Below, in pieces: positions 1 to 12,470 of a stretch of 64,000 nucleotides of DNA. Made by a program: the position numbers and the translations under genes. The notes beneath the pieces are model-generated. The model saw only the letters and a list, made by a program, of their open reading frames with translations. It did not search any database and was not told where the DNA came from. How positions within the stretch are numbered: position 1 is the first letter of the stretch; each line of letters begins with the position of its first letter. This DNA comes from Octopus sinensis (lineage: Eukaryota), in NCBI RefSeq assembly GCF_006345805.1, contig NC_042997.1:8246001-8310000 (forward strand), given 5' to 3'.

Positions 1-127
1 CAGATAGACATGTAAAGGGAGTAATAACTAAATTAATATTCAGAAATTACGATGATAACAGTTTGTCAATGGATCGTCATATTACATGTGAAGTAGAAAA
101 AGGACATATATGTATACATATATATAC

Positions 128-161
<34 letters not shown>

Positions 162-172
162 ATAGAGAGATT

Positions 173-252
<80 letters not shown>

Positions 253-278
253 GACAGATAGATAAAAAATAGATAGAT
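128..278. repeat. (GATA)n microsatellite
   Basis: Long imperfect GATA/TAGA run; it explains the SIYL-repeat ORFs at 66-376. Confidence 0.95.
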
Positions 279-345
279 ACAGTCATGAATGTGTATATAT
301 ATATATATATGTATGTATGTATGCAAGGATATATGAATATCACAC

Positions 346-395
<50 letters not shown>

Positions 396-589
396 AAATG
401 AGAGAGAGAGAGAAAGAGTGAGGGAGAAGGAGAGGTTTTAAGTATATATTTTCAAAACCAAAACAATGCAAGTTTATAATATTTTTATTATATTTTATCT
501 AGTTTCAGCTCACGAGCTGTGGCCTTGCTGGGGCACCGCCATTTTATATAATTATATAAATTTTTAATACAAGTCGATGACGTTTCTGC

Positions 590-783
590 CTGCCCGAAAT
601 TTTGGGGGAGGGGGACAGTTGATTAGGTCGACTGTAGTACGCAACTGGTACTTAATTTATCGACTCCGGAAGGATGAAAGGCAAAGTCGACATCAGTGGT
701 ATTTGAACTGGAACGTAAAGACAAACTAAATATGACAAAGCATTTTGCCCAGCGTGCTAAATTTTCTGCCAGCTCGCTACCTT
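590..783 (-). mobile_element. tRNA-derived SINE family A, older copy with type-1 tail
   Basis: Reverse complement reads gagctggcagaaaatttagcacgctgggcaaaatgc...gttccagttcaaat...gtcgactttgcctttcatccttccggagtcgataaattaagtaccagtt...cccctcccccaaaatttcgggc, the same head and core as copies at 15558 and 58770. Confidence 0.85.
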
Positions 784-1711
784 ACTATATTATAATAATG
801 AAAGACTAATCTTCCTCAGCAATGCAGTCGATCGCGAAATATATTTCCTATTGTACCAAGAAAATAAAATCCTTAACACTGGATTCTAAATAAAGCCTTT
901 AAATCTTGGTTCTTTTCTTATATTTAACCTGTGTTTTGATTTTTCCCTCATATTTTACTATTGTTATATTTATATTTCTACGTTTCATTTTTATTAAGTT
1001 CTTTGTATAAAACTGTTTATGCTATTAACTAATGTCTTATCTTGTGCACTATAATATAATGTATTACAACAGTGACATGTAGTAAGCACGAGTTAAAACA
1101 AAAACAAAGTGTCAGACAACTCTGAGCGAAAGGTGGGGTTCTGGTTCCAGGAAGGGGAGTTCTCTCAAAATTCAAATAGATAATATATCTATCGGCTAAA
1201 ACCTACTTTTATAAACCCTATTCAGACACGATATCAAGCAGTATATATACTTGATATTACCGTCATCTTCATAATAAGAAGCAGGTTGCTCTTTACAAAC
1301 TGCTAAATTTCTACTTCGTTTCAGTTATTGCAGAACTACAGGACTCATGTTGTATTTATTTACCTGTTTATTGCCTTCGGAGCCGATTAAGTCTCAGAGG
1401 TTCTTCGGAAGTTTTATGGTACTTTTAAAAGCAACACTTTCGAGACTGGTCGTATTTTAGATTCACGTGAACGTCTTCACTGATATTAAGGAGTGTAAAT
1501 AAATCAGAAATGTGTAGTTGAGAAGTGAAAATATTTTCCTAGTACGGGTAGTAATACTTCGTCATTGTAAAAGACTACTATCATTCCGTCTATTAGGATT
1601 TCTTGTTCGTCATGAGAGATAAACATGAATATTTGCGAAAGGCGACAGATATAAAGTAAAAGCTTTTTATCTGAAATACAGATGCTGTCGTAACATGCGC
1701 ATGTATATATC

Positions 1712-1752
<41 letters not shown>

Positions 1753-1782
1753 GCGAGAAAGAAGCAACAAGAATGGATAGGT

Positions 1783-1873
1783 TTTTAGTACAATCGTTTC
1801 ATACAAGGACAGGCTTTATTAAAAGTTGCAAAAATTACAGCATATAAACGTGTCCCGTACTCATCAGCTAAAA
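1783..1873 (-). ncRNA. Type I hammerhead ribozyme (left-arm copy)
   Basis: Minus strand: TTTTAG-CTGATGA-GTACGGGACA-(loop)-TGTCCTTGTAT-GAAA-CGATTG-TA/CTAAAA. It has one extra T in stem II and one substitution in stem III relative to the right-arm copy. Confidence 0.7.
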
Positions 1874-2888
1874 TACATGTGAGTTCTCTAGACATCCTAG
1901 TGGTTGAGGCTATACTCATGAAGTAATGTAGATAATTAAGTAACATAAACAGATTTCCAAAGTTCATTAAAGTTCTTTAAAGATGATGTACAGTCTTATC
2001 ACAGAATTTTAAAAAAGTTTTAATAGCATAACAGAGAAGGTGACCTAATCCATAGTGCACATATGAATTTCCAGAGATATGAGGAGGGATTACATACTCA
2101 CAGACGACAAATTTATCCATTGTTAATCACAACGAGGTGGGTCTCAATTCCTGCTTATTGGCATTACAGAGAGGGTGAATTAATCCTTTGTATAGATGCA
2201 CAATTTCCAATGGTGTAGATGTAAATTTCCAGAGAAATGAAGAGGAATTTCATATTCACAGGCGATAAATTTATCAATGGTTGAACACAATGAGGTAGGT
2301 ATCAATTCTTGTTATATGATTAGGTATTTGCCACATTAATCACATTACTGCTATTTACAAGAGGCTGTAGCTATTTAACTTTTAAAGGCTGAAGGGCTTT
2401 CTAGAGAAGCAAAGAACAGAAAAGGGAAGGGAAGAGAAGAAAAGAGAGAAAATAAATTGATACCTACCTCATTGTGTTCAACCATTGATAAATTTATCGC
2501 CTGTGAATATGAAATTCCTCTTCATTTCTCTGGAAATTTACATCTACACCATTGGAAATTGTGCATCTATACAAAGGATTAATTCACCCTCTCTGTAATG
2601 CTAATAAGCAGGAATTGAGACCCACCTCGTTGTGATTAACAATGGATAAATTTGTCGTCTGTGAGTATGTAATCCCTCCTCATATCTCTGGAAATTCATA
2701 TGTGCACAATGGATTAGGTCACCTTCTCTGTGATGCTATTAAAACTTTTTTAAAATTCTGTGATAAGACTGTACATCATCTTTAAAGAACTTTAATGAAC
2801 TTTGGAAATCTGTTTATGTTACTTAATTATCTACATTACTTCATGAGTATAGCCTCAACCACTAGGATGTCTAGAGAACTCACATGTA

Positions 2889-2978
2889 TTTTAGCTGATG
2901 AGTACGGGACACGTTTATATGCTGTAATTTTTGCAACTTTTAATAAAGCCTGTCCTGTATGAAACAATTGTACTAAAA
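2889..2978 (+). ncRNA. Type I hammerhead ribozyme (right-arm copy)
   Basis: Stem I TTTTAG(2889-94)/CTAAAA(2973-78); core CTGATGA(2895-2901); stem II GTACGGGACA(2902-11)/TGTCCTGTAT(2951-60), 10 bp with 2 G-U; GAAA(2961-64); palindromic stem III ACAATTGT; GUA cleavage triplet at 2970-72. Confidence 0.8.
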
Positions 2979-3125
2979 ACCTATCCATTCTTGTTGCTTC
3001 TTTCTCGCTTATAATCACCCCACATTACTGTATTGTTAAAACAGTATAGTTTTTTTTGGTGCATCTACGTTAGGTACCATATTCAAGTAAATTCATTTAA
3101 ATTAACTTGAATCTTTATTGCTTTT

Positions 3126-3126
<1 letters not shown>

Positions 3127-3167
<41 letters not shown>

Positions 3168-3183
3168 ATATATTATATATATA

Positions 3184-3229
<46 letters not shown>

Positions 3230-3389
3230 TATATATGTATGTGTGTATATATATATATATATATACGCATAATATATACGTATATATATATATACATACG
3301 TATATATATATATATGCATATATATGTATTTATATATATATATGTGTGTGTGTATGTGTGTGTATACACACATATATGTATATATATAT

Positions 3390-3435
<46 letters not shown>

Positions 3436-3451
3436 ATATATATATATATAC

Positions 3452-3494
<43 letters not shown>

Positions 3495-3600
3495 GTACAT
3501 AAACGTATACATACAGATACATATATTTTGTATATAAATATATATATATACATATATATATAATGTACATAAACGTATACATATATATATAATCTGTTTA
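3127..3600. repeat. Compound (TA)n/(TG)n microsatellite tract
   Basis: About 470 bp of interrupted TA repeats; source of the IY-repeat ORFs. Confidence 0.95.
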
Positions 3601-4567
3601 TGTCCATACATGAATATATTTATATACACCCACACGTGCGTGCATATATACATATGTGTGCCTGTGTATGTATGTGTGTGTACACCTTACATACATGTAT
3701 ACGAATACATATCTGTGTATGTCTGTTTGTGTGTATGTGTTTATGTATGCGCGTTTGTGTGAATATGCTTGTGTATGCGTTACAAAGCTTAGTTAGAACT
3801 TGCAAGTCGTTTCATCTCGGAGACAGCAAAGCAGCTTTTACAATCATCAGAAGTTTGAAAAAGATATAGCTTCGTGATGAAGCATATATACGTAACAGTT
3901 TGTACAGGCATATCAACGTGTAATATTAGTCGAAGTTGTGGTGTGAATAGACAGTATAAAAGGAGGAAAATGAGTTTAATTACTTGTTCGTATTGTGCTA
4001 TATTTTACACCGTATAGCGGAATATATTATACGTATAACAGTCACCATGCTTTCATGTGCACAAGTCACATGGCTTTCGAAATAAGTCAAGAAAATACAA
4101 AATAAGGTGTAAAGGACTAACTCGCTGTACAAGTACCTCGGGTCGGGTCTCTTCAGCATTTTTGAGCTTCCAATCCAGTTGTTAAGATTTGAGATATATT
4201 TCCCCTTGCCCTAAAGTATTCGAGATTTCTGTAAAGGGTTATTGGCACTGACTTCTTTACTAACTAAAAGATAAAAAGATTCTTCTTGTGCAGATATACA
4301 CACACATACGCATATAGATACGTGCACGTATAAACACACATACATGTACACATACACACATACATACATACATACATACATACATACATACATACATGAA
4401 TATATATATACATAAATATGCGTTCATACATATACGTACGCTAGGGACTTTGTCAGTCATGAAGTTCAGTGTTTTTATGGCTTTTGAGCTGTTTTAACTT
4501 TTATTTTTAGCAAAAGTAGTGTTAGTCAGCATCTTTTGTCACTTTTGTTACTTCTATTAATTTTATA

Positions 4568-4635
<68 letters not shown>

Positions 4636-5801
4636 TTATATAGATACACCTATTTTGAAAATGCTTCTTTACGTATAAGCACATTCTCGGTCGTTGATAT
4701 AATAATTATTATCTCGGTCATCCATTTGGAAGGTGTTATCTTCCTGATTGGATTCTGACTGGATCATCGGGACACGTAGTGAAGGCGCTGGTTTCGCCTT
4801 TCATTACCTACCAAGTAATAGGCTATGCTGGATAGCATATTTCTAGTAGCATTCAAAGAGCTTTGCCAAAAATCCTGGATTAACCAAGCATAGGATCAAT
4901 AATTTTTTAGTAGTAGCGAACAGAGATGCAGAAATATCAGAGATACGGAAACTGTATGATGCAAGAAAAAGCTGGGATTTCTGTTGCCCTACTTTGTCTC
5001 GGAACATCTCTCTGGAATATGAGTTTCCAAAATTCTACCGCGACTCTAATGAGTTACGACCAATCAATCCTCTTACGTCACCCTTGCTCCATGAGTTATT
5101 TCTTTGAACATGAAGGTCATATTCCAGAGATATGCACCAGAAATGCCTTGCTACAGCGTCACTGTGCCGGTATACTCTCAGATCTCAGGGATTCATGATC
5201 CACATTGCGGAGGCTGGTGTGTCACGTATGGTTGTGACAAAGAAAGACTGTTATTTCTATAATTCCCTCACTTATAAAGACACACGGTAGGGAAAACTTA
5301 AGCAGAACAGTCAGAAGCGTCTGACCGCCTGTATGGCTACTGTGCTCTGGCGTTACAATACTTTTACTCATATAAGTATCAGTGATTCCTGAACTAAAGA
5401 AAAGAGATTGCAATACACAATCACAAAGGGTCTACACTACAAGAAAACAACAATCCTCATCGACTATGCGTAACAATCCTATGCGTATGCATATGTCTAT
5501 GCAAGTAAATGTACGTGCGCATTGATAAGTATATAACGTTTGACGTATTTACATGTGTATATACATAAATACTTCCCAATGTTGCATGCATGCATACAAA
5601 TATACGCACTCAAACACTTGTATAATATTAAAAGTTGAAATTTTGTACTGAGTAATGTTTGACGACTTAGTAATTATCCGCTCAACCTACTGTATATCAG
5701 GCCGTTTTTTGCCTAAATATTCTTCTATATATTACTGCTTAAGTATATATATGTGCATATATACATATATATGTGTTTATATAAAGATATATATATGTGT
5801 G

Positions 5802-5871
<70 letters not shown>

Positions 5872-8433
5872 GTATATATATATTCATATATATGTATGTG
5901 TGTATGTAAGACAATATAGCTAAAGGTCGAAAGTATTTTGTATATTTTTATTTCCTATTTCATTGATTTTTTGTATAATTATTTCTATTGCAACTAAAGT
6001 AAGAAAAGGTTCAATTAAATTGTGAAAAGGTGAATGAGTACAATGTTGCTTGGCAAAATAATCTTCTACAAGAAATGTACATTTATATTAAGAAGAAAAC
6101 AAAACATAATTGCATTTAGCTTCAAGTTTGCATTTCATTACTTGAAAGCGGCGTATATTTTATTTCGAAAAAAATATTATTCTAGTATCTCAAAAGCACC
6201 AGGTTTATGTTATATACAGATAAAATATAAATGTCTGTTTTATGAGATTTCCGTCTATTTCATCCGATATTCTCGTATGATATCGCAACTATTTCCAATA
6301 ACTATATGGCTTGTAGCTGGTAGAATGAAATGTAAAGCTGAAATATCCAGTGATATACCTTGAGTAGCTTTCAACTTCACATTTATCAGCTGCTAGTTAT
6401 ATATGTTCCCTCTTGGCTCTTTCACCTCCAAACAGATATTTTTTTGTTATTCTTCCTACTGAAACTTACTTTTATAAAGGCTAGAGAAACCGTGCTGCTC
6501 TGGAATAAATGCTTTAAAGTATTTAATCCTGCACCTGTATGATTTTTCTTTAAATCTTGCCGGAGGCAACTTTGCCTTTCATCTCTTTGAAATCAATATG
6601 TACTATGCTTGTATATGAGTTGAGTTCACAATATCATTCCTCAAAAGATTTTCTGGTTTTTGATCCAATATTATTTTTATGATTATATTAAAGATTTCTT
6701 TGAAATATTTAGGCATGTTATTCAAATTTTTGGCAACACGAATGGTTGCAAGAGAGAATGAAATAGACTTAACAAAACTTAAAATATTATTCTGAGTAGT
6801 GCTTTACTGTGTATGTGACAGTACCTGACGTAATACAGAAAGAATATATATAATTGAGAGAATGACATATCTTTCTCATCTGCATAAGTACCATAAATGT
6901 CTTTTTTCTCCAAGTTACTATCAAACATATATCATGTATTTTGTTTGCTCAAATCATATCGTCACCCCTTATACTTGCAACTAGATGAATATTTTTACAT
7001 GGTAATAAACTGCAGTTGTATGTTACGTTTTCTCTGTTGCTAAACACTGTTGCTAAACACTGCTACTATAATTATCAAACCTGAGTAACTGACAGGGAGT
7101 GATATAGACTAAAGTTGAATAAGTTATAGACCAATGTACCACAGAAGAAAACGAGAGCACAATATTCCAATGCATTCCTTAAATTATCACGGCTTACGGC
7201 GAGAGAATGAATACAATCCAACGCTCAGGTTGTATGGCAATTATTCGTAGATATATTAAAAATTTCCAACTGACTGGTGTAAAACGATGACGACATAGTC
7301 ATGTAACATACTAGACTAAATAAAACTTCTGTTTGGCGCTGGATCACATCTCATTGATCAAATCTTACTACAAAAGCCTTCCAACTGTAAACATTTTATA
7401 GTTTAGTGTTACGCTATGGAGTATGTTATCAAAAATGAGGAGTCGTTATTCACTATGGGGATAGAGTATAATTTCAAGAAACTGAGGTTTGGATGATATC
7501 TCTGTAACGGGAATGTTTTCATAGAGATTTATTTATTGCTCTGTTAATATATTTATTTACAACAAGAGTAGATTGTGCATGGCATATAGAGTAACATGAT
7601 ACTGAATGTTAAATATATTTAGAAAATTAGGATTTACGTATTTAAACATTATGATGAACTAAATATCTTGTATTTACTCTAAAACTTGAGTTGAAATGTA
7701 GCCAGCTTTGACTTGACATTTTATTCCACCTAGTTTCGTAATATAAGTGTAGATAACATAATGAAGTCGGGTTAATTGATAATGAATGATGTGGGATGTC
7801 AGAAAGAGTAATTACTAATAATAAACTCCAGAACATTTAATTACATGTTATCTTCTGCTGGAAAAAGCTATTCTCATGCCTGCTCAAAATCATAAGAGAT
7901 AACCAATAAAGCAAAGCCTTCGGCGAAATCCCTCCTGATAGTTTCAATTTACCATTCTTTGATTTGTTTCAGTCATTTCACTGCGACCATGCTGAAGCAC
8001 TGCCTTTTGTTCAAAATCTCATCATTAATAACACGTGATCTGCATTCAGCGGAACTACGTTTTTATTTTTCGAAATTTTACAATTGAAATAAGTATGGAT
8101 GTAAAATTGTTTTATATGTAAGAGTAAATTGTAAATTACTTTCTTTTATATATTGCGTCAGCAGGTTTTTTTATCTGTTCACGTGCATCGGGATATTTGT
8201 ATCTGCTCACAGTCATACTTTAGCATATTACTTACTAATTGTTTTTTCTACACATTTTTGTTAACATTCTGTTCTTGTTCAAGGAAATTGAGAAGTAATC
8301 ACATATTGCAATTCTTACATTATACACACTGCAACATTACAATATAAAAGTAATATACGTGGAAACATGTGAAATTGTCACTTGCACACATACACACGCT
8401 TAGATATATACATACATATATGTGTGTATGCGA

Positions 8434-8501
<68 letters not shown>

Positions 8502-9940
8502 GATTGATAGATAGATATATACATACATACACGCATTTGTAAATATGCATATATTTGCATATATAAAATGAAATGTAAATAGTATATGTTGAAATTCTAA
8601 AGAAAATTCTAAAAATGTAAAGAAAAATTATTGTATTTGAAATATTAAAATGTTGAATCGTTTGACTTTTTGATTGTGTAAAGTTCATGAACAACTCTAG
8701 TAACCATTATCATCTCCCCTTTAAGCTATTAAATATAAAAGGTCAGGATGGAATATAAAATTACTTTCTTGAAAGACTTGTCTTGAATCTTGCTGGAAAT
8801 AGAATAAAATTCTTGTGTTTTTCGTTCCCAGAGTGATATTTATTTTAGGACATTGAACATGTTATTAAGATTTTTTGTTTTAATTCATATTTCCAATCTC
8901 GCTTCTGATAATAAACTACTTTTCTATTTAGTTTCATATGTAAAAGAGCAATTTTTTTATTCGTAATTCAGAGCAATTATTTGCAACATCTGTATATGAT
9001 TGTGGTAATTTTATTAAAATTTTATTTGAAAGAAAGTTTCCAGCAATATATAGCGTTTTCTCCAGAGTGCCATTACTGAGATCCTTCATATCCACCATAT
9101 TCCAGTTTGCCATTTCCGTTCTACCTGTTTTAATCAACACTGTTGCCTCATAAATATAGTGGTAATGTTCCTCATTTGTATTGTTTAGTGCATTAGAAAT
9201 AAAAAATTGCATTTATTAGCAGACCAAGGAATAGATAAACCGTCAAAATCTTAGATAATTAAATAATAAAATCTATATCAACAATTAGTAATAAATCAAG
9301 AGTAAATTTAACAGGATAATTGTGCTTTAATAGCTAAATGGCTACAGTGACTTTATCTCGATTAAATGGGAGCAGATTAGTTCATCACATTTAATGCAGC
9401 ATTGTGCCAGTATAACAGTACAAAAGCAGGATTTTGCAACTAAAAATTCAACATATTATAATCATCAGATAATATCGTAAAATAAAAGCAATAATTATTT
9501 CAATTGCTTATAAAATTGCTATCATTCTCATTATCAATATTTTAATGTTCATTTCTCTATACCATCATGGACTAGGTCGTGCATATTAGAAGGCATTGAT
9601 CTTGTTATCATATCTGTGACGCTTAAAGACCTGAGGTCTAACGTCAAGAATTCTTACGTCCTCCTTTCTTTTGCTCTCCTGCAGATACATTCAGCTTTCT
9701 ACATTGTTGAAACCTGTCATCTAAAAATATTAATGATTTCTAATGGAAATTTTAAAATCATTATAATATTTGATGATTTACTAATTAACTTCAAAAAGTA
9801 ATTACTGTATACATTCATTAATTATAACCTGATTTAGAGCCTGCATTCATTTGAAATGAAGGCTGCTTCACTTTTATGAAAAACATGCATAAATGCTTGC
9901 TACTTTGAAATAGTTAACTTTTAATATTTGAGAATATAAC

Positions 9941-10170
9941 GGTGGCGAGCTGGCAGAATCGTTACTGCATCGGGCAAAGGGATTAGTGTTATTTAGTCAA
10001 TCTTTACGTTCTGTGTCCAAATTCTGCTCATGTTGATTTTGCCGTTCATCCTTTCTGAGTCGATAAAATAAATAACAATTGAGCACTGGGGATTGATGTA
10101 ATCGACTTTCTCCGATCCCGAAATTGCTGGCCTTATACCAAAATATGAAACCAAGAATATATTTAAGAAT
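9941..10170 (+). mobile_element. SINE family A, old diverged subfamily
   Basis: ggtggcgagctggcagaatcgtta head; gccgttcatcctttctgagtcgataaaataa core; tail aaattgctggccttataccaaaatatgaaacca. Confidence 0.75.
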
Positions 10171-11760
10171 ATATTACGTCCACTGGCACAAAATGTCAGA
10201 ATTACCTTTTTTCTCTGGGAAAATATATATAGTAAATTACCCTTTATTTCTGTTATATTTTACTAACTATATACTTCTGTTATATTTTACTAATAATATC
10301 TATGTTGACCATGGATATCGTGTTATCTTAGTCATTGCAGAATTATTCATGCTGACATAGAGTATTGTAGCATACGGAAACACTGAGAGAAAAGAGAAAA
10401 CTTCTACATGAAGTAGTATTGTAGGCCTACTCTAACTATAAAGGTTTTACAGCTACCACTGTAAAATCACAAAATATTTATGAATGAATATAGAACCACT
10501 GTTTTTACGCACCAATGTACTTTTGCCTCTTACCTTGTAACTGATGGTTGTATTCTAAATAATAATCATATACTCGTTAACTAAATTTTTGTCGTCTTAG
10601 AAAAGGAAGACGCAATGCATGTTGCAGTTTTGGATAAGCTGCGCATGAAGTGAGAAACATCTACTAAACCGGAATCTACGTAACTATACATCTAAATAAG
10701 AGATGACCAAATCAATGACAATAGTTATCCAGTTAGCTCCTTTTCAGTACTACTTCATGGGAGCTAATGATAGACAAGTGTTTAGAGAAAGCATAGAATG
10801 GTACACACCACAGTGGAACAACGTAGAGACAAGATATACTTCAACGATCTGTCCACTAATAATTCCCATTTTATTGACACTCAATCATTTAAATATTTCA
10901 TAATAAACCGGTTCAATATCTATTCTACTAGAAATACTTATAGCACATCTGTTTTGAATTGTGAGGATGAGTTAATGATATAGTTATATATTTTCGAATT
11001 TTGTATAGAAATTTGATTACTATTTGTCACAATTTGACAAATAGAAATCATTATACAAATGAAATAATCAAATGTTGAAAGAAAAAATAAATCTAAATTT
11101 TTCAGTAGCATAAACAATGCCAATAATTATATTTTCTTCTAAAGTATATATAATCACTGTTTATAAATAACTGAATGATTATTATTAAAAAATATGTGTG
11201 AAGAAAATATTAGTTGGCTAATGCAAAATTAATATTACACCGAATAACTGACACATTGTCTATGAAAAAATGTTGGAAAAATCTAGACCAGACAAAGCAT
11301 TGAAAACAGAACAAAACTCTCAAACAATTAATAGAAAAGCATGTGCTTAATTTGCCTTATAGATTAAAATTAAAATTAATTGAAAAGAGAAAAGTTACCG
11401 CAATCAAAAACATTTCAAAAACTATTTTAAAATAATTATACCATTCGTAATCTATTTAATTTATATCTACGTTTGACTGTTTCCTTTGTATTAAGCACAA
11501 TATGGAAAATTAGTCATAGATAATTATGATTATTATTTTTGATGATGATGACGACAAGGGCGAAGACGAGGACAACGACTATGATGATGATGATTACGAT
11601 GACCATGATGATCATCATGATCAGGATGACGGTAACGGTGGTTGTGGTGGTGACGATTATAGCGTGATTAAGTTTTGACGTTATTCATTGCCGTATAATA
11701 TAAATCGATGCAATCAAACTAACACTAATATGAGAAAGCAATAATTATAAAAATAATAGT

Positions 11761-11765
11761 AATAG

Positions 11766-11796
<31 letters not shown>

Positions 11797-11857
11797 AATA
11801 ATGATAATAATAATAATAACAATAGTAATAATAATAATGATAACAATAATAATAACA

Positions 11858-11912
<55 letters not shown>
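11761..11912. repeat. (AAT)n microsatellite
   Basis: Imperfect AAT run directly abutting the RT fragments. Confidence 0.95.
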
Positions 11913-11914
<2 letters not shown>

Positions 11915-11983
11915 GGTATTAGTTCAATTAAAAAGGGTAACGGAGAAAACGAGTCACCTTGGAAGATGCCCCTTTTAAATGTT
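11910..11983 (-). pseudogene. Short inverted fragment of an R4/Dong-like reverse transcriptase motif
   Basis: The minus strand encodes (K)RGIFQGDSFSPLPFLIELIP, about 80% identical in nucleotides to 12097-12168 on the plus strand. Confidence 0.7.
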
Positions 11984-12084
11984 TATTTGTTTATTTCCTC
12001 CTTGTTATTGTCATGATAGTTCTTATCCATATTTCATCCCTTTTATGCACCATATTTTCTCCATAATCCGCTCCAGTTATGTAT

Positions 12085-12470
12085 TCCTTGGAGACGTTAA
12101 TATTAAATGGGGCGTTTTCCAAGGTGACTCGTTTTCTCCGTTGCTTTTTGTAATTGCACTAATAACCATAACAATGACACTCAGGAAAGTTAAGAGGGTT
12201 ACTGATGTGGGAAAAAAGGCCAATCATTGAACCACCTTCTGCTTATAGACCTAAAATTTGGGGGGAAATCTGAAAAACAGATACATTCTTTAACCAAACA
12301 GTCTAGAAGTGTGGTAGGGACAGCAGTATTGAATCTGGGATTACCAGATGCTCTGTACTTAATATGAAAAGAGGGAAGAAATCACCCTGCAGAGCATTGC
12401 GGTTACCATCATGAGAAACCATGGATGAACCCGGCGGTAGTGGGTATAGATATTAAGGAATTTTGTTCTT
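12085..12470 (+). pseudogene. Degenerate reverse transcriptase fragment of an R4/Dong-like non-LTR retrotransposon
   Basis: GDVNIKWGVFQGDSFSPLLFVIAL, then after frameshifts NHLLLIDLKFGGKSEKQIHSL, CSVLNMKRG and MDEPGGSGYRY*GIL. These match the GIFQGDSLSPLLF / NHLLFMDDLKL / GYKYLG motifs typical of R4/Dong-type RTs. Confidence 0.75.

Larger units (their letters stand above)
1753..3008. repeat. Large inverted repeat: arms 1753-2307 and 2455-3008 (~555 bp, ~99% identical), 147-bp spacer; probable Penelope-like pLTR pair
   Basis: The right arm is the reverse complement of the left arm with 5 differences counted by eye (4 substitutions, one 1-nt indel). Each arm carries a hammerhead motif. The PLE assignment is inferred from the hammerhead and the inverted arrangement. 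Confidence 0.9.

Noticed and set aside
1785-1967. ORF with LADEYGTRLY, superficially like an RT YADD motif
   Set aside because: No other RT motifs are present; the ADE codons are simply the CTGATGAG hammerhead core.
8934-9212. 92-aa non-repetitive minus-strand ORF (…ANWNMVDMKDLSNGTLEKTLYIAGNFLSNK…)
   Set aside because: No recognisable domain or convincing splice-site pair; it cannot be supported without RNA-seq or a homology search.
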